NCBI GenBank assembly: GCA_026770705.1
Contig: JANJGN010000035.1
Location: 7,130,001 to 7,194,000 of the forward strand
From: Isurus oxyrinchus
Lineage: Eukaryota
Direction of reading: 5' to 3'
DNA: 64,000 nucleotides
Positions 1 to 13,600 of this stretch are shown here, one piece after another; the stretch's first letter is position 1, and each line of letters begins with the position of its first letter. The position numbers and the translations under genes are program-made. Under the pieces are notes generated by a model. That model was given only the letters and a program-made list of their open reading frames with translations, was not told the origin of the DNA and ran no database searches.

Positions 1-388
1 AGAATAGGGTCAAGAACTTTACGCTCATAAATGCGTCGCTCTAACTTTGGTCGATGAAGCATGGCTTGTAATGAGTTCAACAATAGGCTGGAACCATTTA
101 CCATACTTTTTGTATTTGCAGCATTTCTCTCGGATGAGTTTCGTGTACTGGAAAGTTGTGCATTGGCTGGTGTAGACTAGGCTTTAATCTAACAGAAGGC
201 AGCGAGAGGTTTTGTGGGTGGATTGACTCTGGGGCGGGGAGGGGGGGGGTATGCGGTGTTCAGTTGAAAGAAGAATTTAAAATTGAAACAGACAATTCAA
301 GTGTTTGAACAGTATAGTGATGTTGTCAAAGGCCAGGAGAGTGGGACTGCAATGAATATATTGCTTAACCACCATTATACGTAACAGA

Positions 389-487
389 GTTCAGACAAAG
401 GGTCATGAAGACTCGAAACCTCAACCCTTTTCTTCTCCGCCGAAACTGCCAGACCTGCTGAGTTTTTCGAGGTAATTCTGTTTTAGC
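389..487 (+). mobile_element. Short (~100 bp) Penelope pLTR-derived element with degenerate hammerhead-like motif
   Basis: gttcagacaaagggtcatgaagactcgaaacctcaac...ctgccagacctgctgagtttttcgaggtaattctgtttt aligns by eye with the copies at 50471, 61054 and the 3' ends of the PLEs at about 34510 and 54427. Confidence 0.75.
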
Positions 488-599
488 TGAAACTGAAAGT
501 TGGTTATCAGGATGCTTGATATATCCGCAATAAGTAAGGTAAACTACTAGCACAGAAAGAGACATACTATAGATCTAATCTCCATCAAGTACAGATAAA

Positions 600-2780
600 A
601 ACATTGCAAACAAAGCTGAAAATAAACCAGTTTTACAGGATTTGTGAAAGATGGAGAGAATGGAGAACAGTGTTTAGTAATAAAATTAGAAATAGTTGTT
701 TATAATAAGATGTGTGACAGTAAATAATAACATAAATGCATTAGTGGGGTTGTTCAGAAGAGTGTTAACTTGAATAAGTAAATCTGGGTATTATGAATGA
801 TAAGAGTCACAAATCACTAATGAGAGTTGTCTACAGGCAACCCAAGGGCAGTTATATCTTTGGAAAGTACATTAGGCGAAAATATTGATGCTTATAGCAA
901 TGATTAATTCATGTCTGCGGACTAGAATAATCTTCATATTCAGCAAAATAATCACATTCAAAAGTGTTCTTTACAAGATGTGATGGTAGAATATTTTATT
1001 TCAGAATGCGTTATGGAACAGACTAGTCAAACCTAGATTCGATATTTATATTGGAAAGTAGATATAATGTAACCTAGTTACATTAGATAAACTATTTTGA
1101 AATGAGGAATACTTAATTTATCTTCTCATAAGTAAAATATCCTTTCGTAAAAATGATTATTAAGTAATTTATTTTTATGTTGATATTGAACACGATACAA
1201 CCCAATCACAACGAGAAACTAAGCAAAGCCAACTACATAGGTACAAGTAGAGAATTGGCTGAGGTTAATGCAATAAATGCACTGAAATCTGTCATTACAT
1301 AAACGGTGAAATACTGTTAAAGGAAAAATAAACAATCAAAGCATAAATGAAAGTAAATTTCATTGAGAAACTTAAACGCAGCCAATAATCATTCATCCAT
1401 GGCTTGCTCAGACACTTAAAGATAGTATTAAATCAAACAAAGAGGCGTCTACTGATGCAAAGATTAGTGACAAAGGAAGGGAGTTGTTAAAATAATTGTT
1501 GTTACCTTCGGAGCAGAGACAGGAATTAATTCATTATATATAAACAGTTAAAGTGTAATAGATAATGAAAAAAGTATATGCCCAAAATTCCAAGGCACGA
1601 TGAACAATAATGTGGCAAACTAAGCGAAATTGGTGCAGTGATTTTACACAGTATAGTAAGTTCTGCAAGGCACGATCAACTTGGTTCCTGAAAAAAACAA
1701 GCTACTCATTTGTTGGATGGCATCATTCATTACTAAACAATTGGAATCGGTATTTATGGGCTTCCTAAAACTATACCTAGAACATGAGAGTTTGGTCGGA
1801 TAAAATCAGGACGGTTTTAAGGTAGGCCAAATTTGTTTGTGCTTTTTGGAGTATTTTAGGGGTAGATAAAGCGGAATAGCTCATTGTAGTCTGGTTGGAA
1901 TACCAAAAAGGGATTCGATAATCAGCTATGAGAAATCAGTAATATGGCAGGAAAAAACTTGTGGAGATGTAATTGTGTCAAAGTATTAATTTGGACAACG
2001 GATTAGTTCAGGAGCAGAAAATAACCATTAGATTTAAATCCGGCGTTATCAAGTTTGCAGGCTGTTACTTGCACAGTGTCACAATCTTAAGTGTGTTGGT
2101 CTGTGTCAGGTTTTTAGATGCTCGGACATGGAATAAAGCAAAGTTGCATGCAAGCACAGCAAGCAATTTGGAAGGAATGTTTCAAGCTGCCGCTTATTTC
2201 AATGGGATGGGTGCATAGAAAGTTTTGCCAATATTATACAATGTTGTTGAGGCCAGAAGTGGAATTCTGTATAATTTTTGTCTCCATATTTCATGAGCGA
2301 TATATTCCCCTTGGTGACGTCTTGGAACAATTTCACTAGATTGCTCCATAGGAGGAATTGTTTGTCCGATGATTGGTACTGGAGTAAATGTGGCCCGTGG
2401 TCTCTGAAAGCTTTGAAGAATGAGAACAGCCCTAATTGAAAAATACAAAATGTTGCAGGTGCTAGACAGTAATCAGTGAGAGGTTCTGTCTTCACCGTCG
2501 TGTCGATATAACACGAGGGTGCATTCCCAGGATTAAGTAGTAATCGTTTAGAGCTGTGATGTGGAAACATTTCTCTACTCTAAGGGTGGTGATTCATTGA
2601 AATTCCATAACCCAAACAATTGCGGAAGTTACATTTTTTAACACATTGAAAGCTGAGAATGAACAATTGTGGGGCTGTCTGGAAAGCGGAAATATGTAGA
2701 TTTGTTGGTAAAGTGCAGTTGAAACCTCCGATCAACCTTGATTTCTCTGAGCAACTGAAATGACGCAATGAGTTCGTGCT
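600..2780 (+). mobile_element. Highly degenerate CR1 LINE ORF2 (endonuclease to RT to C-terminus)
   Basis: Residual CR1 signatures: ggtagataaag...ccaaaaagggattcgata (VD...FQKAFD), attaagtttgcag-like KFADD region, and ttttgtctccatattt...tttcactagattg (FWSPY...FTRL). No long ORF. Confidence 0.55.
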
Positions 2781-4269
2781 CGTAACTTGTTTGAGACTTT
2801 GTCTTGCATTCGCCTGTTTCTGCATGAATATTTGATCTTGAAAAATCAACATCATACGTTTTGCTTCACCTTATCCTACCATACATTTGGAATGATTTCA
2901 GGCTATTAATGCACATCTATACATGTCACATCACTGCTGCGGTGGCCTGTGTGGAAATCATTGCATTGTCAGACCTGAAAAAAAAAATGCACAGAACTCA
3001 CGCATGCTCAAACAATTATGCTGGCTTGCTGTAAGGAGTCATTTACTTCCATTGCACCAACCATCAGCCTTTCCCTTTCTTCCCGTCCTTCACAATTGGG
3101 TCTCTTTTCCGACCGACTGCACCACACCCAGCAACCCCATTAGGGTTGAGAGCTAGTGAAATGGTCGTCACCAGAATATGCGCAGGCGGCCGTGATCAAT
3201 TGTTTTGCAATTGCAAAGAGCGCCCGGGTTCAAGGTTTCATGTTACACTGGTGTACTGCTTATGCACAGAGTTTTCATGTGCTTATTTTTCTGTCTTCGT
3301 CTGTTGTTGTGCAACGGGCAACGGCAAACCACATGAATGCATGAACGCACGAGAAATGTGAGTGGAATTAGTCCACAGTTAGACCCCGTGCATGCTGACC
3401 TTGAATTTTACCCTGCAAGACCGAAATGTTCTTTCAAGTTACATGACTGCTCCTCCTGATCTAGATTGTCGATCAAAAATAAACAACTAATCAGTGTCCA
3501 AAGTGTCAGGCCCCTTCCAATCTTTCATGTCCCCAAATGATTACCTTGCTTTAATTTGAACACCAGAGTGTTTTGGCAAAACGTGCTTATTCTCACATTT
3601 CATCACAGCAATATCACTACATGTAACAAAATGATTCCCCATGTTGAAGAACAGAAACATATAATTAGACATTGAGTTCTTAATTCACGCAGTCGTCATT
3701 CTGTGATCCCCACAAAGAGCAAAGCTATGGAGGTAAGACTTCATTTTAATTCAGTCATTTATCTTGAAAGATAGGCCAATATGCGAATTTCTCGTTTTAT
3801 CACTTGAAGTAATTACGTGCTGACTGTTCATCTCTTATGTAGGAGCACAGCTGGCCTCTCCATACATCGATTTTTTTAACAAGTGACGAGTTTTTAAAAA
3901 TTCTGCTGTACTAATTCCCGTTCCAAATTGAGCGATCTGAGCCTTCATAAATGTTATTAAATCTTTTGCGTTCCTAAATATTATTTCCGCCTTTCTTTGC
4001 TTAATAACAGCGATTGTATGCCCTTTATAAATCCTGTTCTCATCTCCTTTGGGTTATCTGCGAAATTGAATAAATCGCTACACCTAATTTAATAACCTAG
4101 ATTGCAAAGCAAGTAATAATCAGACGTGATCACACACAGCGCTCCTCTACTGACGTGACAATGCTTTGTTTATATATCATTTCTGCTCAATTTGCCGAAA
4201 ATAAACGTCAATTTAGCCTAAATCATTGTCCCCAAATCCATGTGCTCGTACCGTGAGTTTAACTTTTTT

Positions 4270-5850
4270 TTTCATTTCTGGGATGTGCACATGCCTGGCG
4301 CGGCAAGCATTTACTGCCTGGGCCTAAATTCCTTTAGAAAAGTGATGAAACGTTAAATTCTTCAAACGCTTTCGTTCACTGCGGGAATGTACAACCTGAG
4401 GGAGGGAGTCCCATGACTTTGGCCAAGAGACAGAGCAGCAACGGCGATTCATTCACAAGTCATGTAGTGAGTGCCTCGGAGGGGAACTTTCAGGGGATAT
4501 GGGGCCCGTATGTGCCTCCTTCCCCTGCCTTCCCGGATGATAGAAGATGCAGGATTGGAAGGTGCTGCCTAAGTTGATTTGGTGAGTTTCTGGAGTGCAT
4601 CTTTCAGATGGTACACACTGCCATCAACGTGCATCAATGGGTGGCTGAGCGATTGTTTGTGGTTGGAGTGTGTATCAAGAGACCTGTTTTGTCCTTTATT
4701 TTTTGAGTGATGATGGTAATGCACCCATCCTTGTAAATGAAGAGAATTCCACCAAAGTACCAATTTATGCATTTTAGTTGGTGGTCAGACTTTGGTGAGC
4801 CAAGGGTTGAGTTAATCGCTGCAGGATTGCTTGGCCCTGAATTTCTCTTGTAGTCAAACTAATTATGCGGCTCGTCCAGCTCAGTTTTTGGTCTATGATA
4901 ACCCCCAGAAAATTCATAGTGCTGGAGTCAGCATATAATGCTATTTAACGTTGATGGGCGATTATTAGTTTCTCTCTAATTGGTGCTGGTCATTGTTATG
5001 ACAACACCCGGCATTAACTGCTTTGCAAAAAAAAAAATCCCTCATCTTCTTTCCGAACACGAGAAGATGTCGTTCTGATCTCAGCAAGAAGGCTGCAGTA
5101 ACATTTCTGGCATTTAAAGCAAAATAGTTAATTTAACAAAAAATAAAAGCAAACCTCAGCACACAAATTTCAGTCGCATAGTTAAACTTAGTCTTACACC
5201 ATGTCCCGCCAAAAAATATTTTTTTATGGTCAGGCTCACTGTTAAACACTGTCCTGGCAACATTCGTTGTACCTGCATAACTACAAAACATGTCAGTAAT
5301 GTCATGTATGCAATCTGTAATAGCTTTAATACAGGCTTACCAGATGGCCTGTATTTCCCTTCCAGAATGCTGTGGAAATCCAAACATCAAAAAAAAATGT
5401 TTTCCAATCCCAAGGTTTTCCTGCGTTGAATGAATGGTTATTTCAAACTGCATACTCACCCAGCTAAGGGCTAGCAGTCAGTGCCTGGAACTTTAGTGGC
5501 GTGAATGTCTTTTGCCGCCTGCCAGCCATAGCCCAGATATTGTCCCGGTCTTACTGCATTTGGACATGGACTAATTCAGTACGTGGATATTCAGGAATGG
5601 TACTAGAAAATGTGGAAACCTCAGCGAGCATCTGCAGTTGTCACTTTAAGATGCATGTAAGGTCATTGATGAAGTAATTGGAAATGGTTGGGCCTAAGAA
5701 GCCACGTTGTTTTTCTGCTACAGTGATGACCCGGAACAGAATGATTGATCTCTTACATCTACACCCTTCTCCAGTTGTGCTGGATCCGACACCAACTAGC
5801 GGAAAGTTTCCCTCTAATTACCAGTGACCCCAGTTTTAATTTCCCCCGTT
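4270..5850 (-). mobile_element. LINE family B 3' region (RT end plus 3' UTR), interrupted by a solo LTR
   Basis: Reverse complement of the 3' end seen at 14520-14570 (aataaatgct...gcccacatc...gaatgaat). The RT sequence stops at 4993 and resumes at 5477. Confidence 0.7.
4994..5476. mobile_element. Solo LTR (483 bp)
   Basis: Begins TG (tgttatgac), ends CA (gctagca), flanked by gtcat (4989-4993) and gtcag (5477-5481). It splits an otherwise collinear LINE. Confidence 0.65.
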
Positions 5851-8199
5851 CTTTCTCATACCACATTAACCCATTGAGAACTACATTTCAAGAGCCTTTG
5901 GAAGCACTGGTGTATTGTGTCTTCTCCTTCCCATTTAAATATTCATTTTGTTACGCCCTCAACAAAGCTCGAATGCATTTTTCAAGCATGGTTTTCCTAG
6001 CGTAACAATAGTCACTGCGTCTGCTTATAAATCACATTTCTAAACGCAATGTTTTAAACCGTTAGTACATTTCCAGCTTTCATGCGACGGTGTTGACAAG
6101 CTTTGCCGATGCAATTCTATCTTGTAAATAGCAGTGTCATATTTTTTCAACTCCAAGTCTACTGACAGCTTTCAATAATCTCTAAGGAACAATGTTTTCA
6201 TTCGCTGCCCTCCTATTCTCTGAATAATCTGATATTCGGCTCCCTTTAAACATCACTTCTCCTGCTTAATTAAGCTCCTATGCAATGAATTATGTTGTTC
6301 TTAGAAAAAAAAAGATGATTCAAAACTTTACTTATTCTCATAGCTTCCTCTACATATACTAAAACAAAAACGGACAACCACAATTTATTTATTTAACGGA
6401 TGGATGTACGAAATTGAAATAAAGTAAATGAGCATGTGAAATGCTTGTTATTCCATACACGCTGCATCGAAGGCATTTTTTGCTGTAAATAATTGCTGAT
6501 TTACCGTTTATCTCTCTGAATCAACTTGTGCATTGTCATTCTAAGGCGAGGGATATTACAATTATCATCATGGGAATATTCCCTGAAAGCTTTGCTTTTG
6601 CCAACCACTTGACAAGCTACTTTAAAGGAGGCTCGACACCAATACACGTCATTTTCCAAGTCTGTAATTACCGCAGAAATTACTATTGTTACATTTATTA
6701 ATTTCACCGTCATGTATTGTCATAGAATAAATGGCATGTATCATTTGAATAGAGCATAAATAATAAGAACAAGCGTAGGAACTAAATTGATCTTGAGCTT
6801 GATCCAACATTCGGTATGATAATGTCTAATCCACGTCAAACCGGCTTTCATAAAAGTTCCCACAAATCCTCTGACTCGCAGAGAGTTCACCAATAATTCT
6901 ATCTGGACCTGGAATGTACTCAAACATGGAGCGTGCACTGCACGTCGTGTTGGAGAAATTTCAAGACATACAAGCCTCTTAGAGGGAAAAAAATTCTCCT
7001 TACCCCAGTATTTTTAAATCAACCCCTATCATTCTTACATAGTACAAAACTCCGTACAGCTCCAAAGCTGTTCTCTGTTCAATGTCCAATTTAGTTTCAT
7101 AGGTTCTGGAGGGAGCATCAATATTTTGAATAAAAAAAAAAACAGGTTGTGTTGACAAATAGAACTATGCCACGGAAATTCATATAATTAAACGAATTAT
7201 ATTTGTAAAGCTCCCACCTGGTCTTAACACTGGACCAGTAACAGTGAAGCCTGACTTGGTTTGTCCTTACCTTCTTTTTTTGAAACCATGGAATTCAGTT
7301 CCTGAAACATTAAACACGAGCCTGCCGGGAAACTGTTTAAGAATAAGACATGTGTTATGCAAGAAAGGAAAATACAATAAAACACTAAATACAAATGTTG
7401 AAATGAATTCAATACAGTTAATAGACAATGTTTCAAACTCATGCTATTTTTTTTTTTGCCAGGAACCCGAACAGGCACAAAATACGCTTAACCATTTTGC
7501 ATTGTCACAATATGAATGTTTCATGGGGAGGTTTGCTCAAATTCAATTCTTTACTTTCTGGCAGGCTTTTCAGCTTTCTCTAGATGATTTTCTTCAGCTA
7601 TTAGCTCTCCCTGGATCACCCCAAACCACAATCTTAGTTCACTGCTACTTTACTGCGGAGCAAACACACGATTTGCCTAAATTACGACTCCCAGGATTTT
7701 GTATGATTTCCAATGAGAAGAATTAGACTTTCTGTCTGAAGTCTCTTGTAAACAAAAACTATGTGACTGCTCTTTTGCATGCCGTGCCAGTGTGCGTGTA
7801 TGCCTGGAACCATGTCGCTTATCAACAGTACCGGTTTTTTTTGTAGTTTATTTACTTTTAACTTAACTAAAGTACTAACCCCTTGGTATCCCATCTGTTC
7901 ACGCAAATAGTTGTAACACCTCATCAAAAATGCAAGTATAAATACATGCTCCCAGAGCTTTTGGAACCCTGGTCACAAAAAACTCCAAACTAAAGTAATA
8001 GCAGGTTTCACCTGTCTTAGCAATAAAAAATATTATATAATGTAAATTAACAGATAGGTATTCTTTTTAACACCTACCCGCAGAAACATAAATTATAAGG
8101 TTACCTTTAAGAGGCATTTACAAACTTTTGCAATCTCTTCTTATCGCTTTCTCTATTTTAATGATAGAGATATTTGTCGAGCACTGAAAATGTATATGC

Positions 8200-10450
8200 T
8201 TCAAACGTTGCAAAGAGTTGTTGGACATGTGGACTTCAAAATGTTTTTGAGCCAACACCAAACACTAAATCTAGTTTCCCATAGTTGAGAAACTCTGCTG
8301 GACAGAAATATTCTTTCCAGAAAAGAAACTTCATCGCCATTTGATCCCCATGCTGTCCTCCTGTATTTAATCTGCACCAATACCTACATTTCTGGCATCA
8401 TCAGCAGTTCAAATGTTTTAGCATAATTTTGCGCTCTGATGATCGATGTGGTAGCCAGTGCAATTTTCAAGCTCTCGAAGCTCTTTTACACTCCTATATT
8501 CATCCAAACATCTTTTCCGTCTTTAAGAAGCTTATCAGGGGAGCCTCAGTAATGCTGAAATTCTTAACGAACTTTCAAAGAAGTATACTCATTCCTATGT
8601 ACCAAATAATCTTGGCTTGTCTCACATTGTGGCCCAAATAAGGCATGCTGTTTCAGAAAAAAACATAGTTTAACAACTTTTATGACTTTTAGTTACTGAT
8701 TAAGCAATTTGTGCATCTCTTGTAAATTGCCATCAAATATTTGACTGCGCACACCCAAATCATCAATATGTGAAACACAGTTAGATAATAGTTCAGTCAA
8801 ATATCCATGATGTTGCAACATACCGATTATCACTTTTGGTTTTCTGGTAGTGGGCATTGAGAATTTATTATGGCCCTGCTAGCATTTTCTTGAAACACTG
8901 AATTCGAAATTATTGGTGCAGCTTTATTGGTGAATGGCGCTCTCAACTACGTGACATGTATGGCATCATTGGCAGTATTTAACCACACCCTTCTCTAATC
9001 TTCACCAATAAACCTGTTTCAGCATTTCACCCTGAATTTTCCCATACCTAAGTGACATGCCATTGGAGTTTCGTTAGCCACTCATATAATTTCATTTCGA
9101 TGCCCAGAATGAACTACCATCTGTCGACCTGCTGCACACTTCTCCTCTGCCTATATTTGATATGGTACCAAATTCCTCATTCGTCCTTCGGATTTCAAAT
9201 AATAGTAAAAAAGCAATGGTACTGATTCCGTCTCTGAGCAGCCTGTTTGAAACAGCTCGCTGAACTCAGGATCACTCTGTTGCTTTTCAGTTTGAAAAGA
9301 TGGCTTCAACATGTCATCCTGATCCTCTGTACATTCTTCAATTTTACACTAATGCTTGAATACATAAATCACCACTTAACCTGCAATCCCCAGCATAAAT
9401 ATGTTTCCTTTTACCTGAACAACTTAAATATGCACTTAAAATTGGACAATTGATTTGCAAAACTCTTTCTTTTTAACTTGAAGCCAATATTATCAATCTG
9501 TCATATCCGGAAAAATCATGCAGGTTAAAGTTATTGCGCAGAAATTTTCTATTAATAAAGATAAAATGCACATTTTTTCCCGTTTTTAAAAAAGCTTCAA
9601 TTTTATTATTAATAATTTGATTTTGATTTCATTCTACCATTGGAATTAATGATGTACAATAATTTAGATTTTGCAGCATACTCTAAGTTAATGTCCAGTC
9701 GATGTTGGCGTTCACTGATATCGACAACAATAATGCTGTATCTTGTTTAAACATGACAACTCTCCTCTATCTAACTTTCTTTCAAATGCCAACAAACCCT
9801 TCTGAGATGACTCCTTGTAGTTGAAGTTCTGCATCCCGGAATTCCTGCACTGAAGAATGATATACCACTGCTCCGACTTCATCCAGCTTGACTTCTGTGT
9901 GACATAGATAATATTTGCTCGATGACGTTTTTTAATGTGTTATGGGACGGCTGATGGTAAATGCAGACCTGTCCAAATCTCAGAGGGAAATTTGAAACTG
10001 CTTCCAAATCGGTATTTGCAATTTGCATAGTAAGGATGCTTCTGAGATCAGAAAATGATGTCCCAGGCCCCTTGTAATGATTTTATAGTAGTTTGAATTA
10101 TTATCAAATAGTGTTTTCCCTCTCCTTGAGTTGCTCCAGGAAGCTGACATAATTTGGTCCACCATACCTGGCCTTGTTGGCACTGATTTCCGCAAGTTAT
10201 TACAGCATTCCTGCTGTCTTCTGGGAGATCTTTGAGAGCTGTCCCCTCGGGGAGATTTCAGTATTTCCATAAATACGTTCCTTCCCTTTATTCTTTCTAT
10301 TGCCTCAATTAGTATCAACAGAAATGCTTTCTTCGCAGGATGAATTACTCATTCCTTTACTCTAGCCTTTAGGCTTAAATAAATGTCCCATCTTTACCTT
10401 AGTTACTTAGTGCTTTTTCAAACATCTTATATTTGTCTTTGACTAAAGCA
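8200..10450 (-). mobile_element. Degenerate Gmr1-type Gypsy LTR retrotransposon internal region, copy 1 (gag-PR-INT-RT-RH, internally deleted)
   Basis: Minus-strand remnants in order: gag (~10300-9980), protease-like ISEGFV..FKQDTA (~9830-9730), integrase zinc region ETPMACHLG..YW..CHTCH and core start CPLPENQ..TIMDI (~9080-8800), RT SHIDDLG (~8770), RT-RH linker FESLKIALATT..ADDARNVGIGA (~8480-8370). Confidence 0.7.
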
Positions 10451-10639
10451 AATCAAATTAAAACTGATCTTATTCACTTCTGTACACTTCTGATTAAAGT
10501 TGAACTTGGCTAATTAATTTGTCAAAACATGTCGTTACTGTTTTTTTGCTTCTTGCAGTCATACTGAACCTTTCTCCAATTATCTTAGTTAAAGCCAGAA
10601 AAAGCCAGTTTTCCAATACATAAGAAATATGAAAGTGGC

Positions 10640-13600
10640 ATTACCGGAAGATGAGCAGTCAAAAGATGACTTCAATTTCTCAACCACAATTTCCTAATTA
10701 CTACTTACCATTTTGCACTATGTTATTATATGATAAATTGCCGTATTCACGTGATAATAAGCCCAAGATTTTGGCAGCAATGGAATAATTTTCTCCCGAG
10801 GATGCACTTGTCGAATCTTCCTTACAACTTAATCCTTTGCTCATGCACCTGCAGTTATGTTACTTAGTCCAGCCACATACATTATTTATAAGTTAAATGG
10901 TTGTAAATAATGAACTCCATTTAAACAGTCAAACATTCCAGAATTATTCCTGTGGTATAGACAGTGCAAACAAAATTTTCTGATGAATTGTTGGTGAAAT
11001 AATTATTCAGAAGTTGCATTGCCGGCACCAAACTCACTGTTTTCTTTTCAGAAGTGGAAAACTTTTATTGTTGAATTTTTAACTTATTTGAATAATATCG
11101 TACACTCTATTTAATGCCTGTTTCGTCTCCATGCAGCAATACAGCAGCTACGCACACATCACCTCCATCAATTGCCAAATTTAACTGATTGGCATGTTTC
11201 GAGGTAACTAAAACAGGTGCTGTTGTTAAAACATTTTAAAATTTTTGAGAGTATTTGGGAACACGAATGTCCAGTTGCATTGTTATTATTCTGTCAAGAG
11301 CTCAGTTAATAATGTAACCACGATGATAAAAATTGGCACGATCCTCCTGTCTAAAATATTCATACCAAGTAATTGTAAAGCTTCCCTTTTCTTTGAAGCC
11401 AACCATCCATCGGCTTGAATTTTACATCTCGGTTGGCCATCTAATCATGTCCGGCAGTTTAGCTCAAATAAGTGCCCTATCCTTTCTCAAATTATCTGTT
11501 AGCCGAGCAGCAACCAAATTAGCTTCTTGCAGACCAACAACTCGTTCTCACAGCTTCCGTAACTGTCCCTCAGATGTTTGACTGAATACCATCAGAGTGA
11601 TCAATGGGCACAGTACAGTGACGCTGTCCAATAATGAACTTATGCGCTAGTCTCTAGAAGTTGGCTGGTGAACTTTTCATACAAAATTAAATAACTTCAA
11701 CTGATATATTCAAACTGGCATTGCAAAAACCAAAATCTATGTTGGTCTATCTGATGACACTACTAACTAATATCCTCTCAGGTGACAATTTGTGGGATAA
11801 AGTGTGATGGTCCCACGTTCTCTAAGCAATGTTCCAGAAGTGGAATGCGAAATGAATTCATGTTTGCCACTGTGATTACTTTTCAATATTCTACAAACAG
11901 TCTTTATGATCCATGTTGCTTTGGTGCCACCACAATGGTCGAACTCAAATTTCAAAAAGGGTCAAAGGTGTTGTTTTGAAGAATGAATTCAATTTACTTC
12001 TCTAGATGCGATAGCTTCACTCGATTAAATCTATATTTGTCTTGCCTGAACGACACCAAATCACCTACATATACAATAAGTGGACCTAAATTTGTTTCCC
12101 ATGCTTATTCCTACACATGGATTTGTGTGTTTTCAACAACTTCTACAAATCACTGTGTAATTTTTCTGGAAAGTAACTCAATATTACATTTAAAGTTATA
12201 AGCATCCCCACATTATCAAAATTGATTAGAGGAAAGCCTATGTCAGGAACATTTATTTGTACACCGCCTCCTTATTTACCACCACTATGACCTTATGGTG
12301 ATCATTTTCGCTGTAAAATAGATTTTTAGCATATTAGCATGACAGACCTTTTGCTTCATTCTTCTATCTTGAGTCTTTGTTAAATAGTTCGCTTCACTAA
12401 TCTTCTTCTCAATCTTTTAATGTCTACTAATCATTGCATTTAATGGTTCACCCAAAACTCATAATAAAACGTACACAGCTTGACACACGGCAAAACTCTG
12501 TGCTTTGGCTCTATTTTCTGCCTTGGTCTTCATTCCCTGCTGTGATGTATTGAAATGTTTCTTGGGTAACTCACAAGCCTGGTTTAGTCTTTTGGTGAAA
12601 TTTGATAATGCATCCAAGAGTGTGTTTTCTGAATAAGCTGTTTAATATAACCGCTTTAATTTCGGTCCTTTAGGTTTAACTCTATCAACTTCAGCGTCAT
12701 TATCCTCCATTCCATTTTCCTTTCAATCTTATCAAAGATAGTATTGATAATTGTACATCAGTTTCTTTCCACTGCCTTGCAGATTCCTTCTTCTGTCTCG
12801 ATTGATGGCATTGTAGTCGTGTATATTGGTAGAGGAGGATCAGAAGTTATCCCCGTTATCAATGATTAAGGAGCCTAGTGCAGCAGTGGCAAATATAAGG
12901 CTGAACTATTCGAAACAACATTCCTCCAACAGTCCGGAGTGGATGCTCCAACTCAGCCATTCTCAGGACGTGCCAAGCATCAGAGATGCCAGTCTTCAGC
13001 CATTTCGGTCCACTCCATGTGATATCAAGAAACAGCTGATGGCAACGGATGATCCATAGGCCATGAACTCTGTCAATATTCCGACATTAGTAGTGAGGAG
13101 TAGTGATCCAGGACTTGCCGGACCTCTAATCAAGCTGTTCCAGTGGCTCTATACACTGGCATCTAGCCAGCTATGTGGAAAATTGCACAGTTTTGTCCTG
13201 TGCCAAAAAATGAGGAGAAATCCAACCGAGCAAAATCCCCCCATCAGTCCACTCTCGATCATCAGTAAATTACTGGAAGTGTTCATCAACAGTGCTACCA
13301 AAATGCAATTTTTTGACGATAATCTGCACACTGATGCAAAGTTTCTAGTCCACGAGGGCCACTCAGCTTCTGATTCAATACAGACTTGTTTCAAACATGG
13401 GCAAAAGAGCTGAACTCCCGATGTGAGGTGCGAGTGACTGTCCTTGACATCACACCCAATATTTGACCGAGTGAGGCATCAAAGAGACCGAGTAAAACAG
13501 GATACAATTGGAATCTGTGCGTCAATCACCGCGGTTGGAGTCATACCTAGCACAAGGGAAGATGTTTGTTGTCTTTGGAATTCTGTCACCTCAGCTCCAG

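Noticed and set aside
5040-5460. Chain of strong minus-strand micro-exons (5369-5341, 5272-5240 and others)
   Set aside because: They lie inside a TG...CA solo LTR that interrupts a LINE, so they are unlikely to be host gene exons.
6501-6713. TIVISAV..NDVYWC as an immunoglobulin V-domain F strand
   Set aside because: No upstream B-strand Cys or C-strand Trp in frame, and the DxxxYxC spacing is off.
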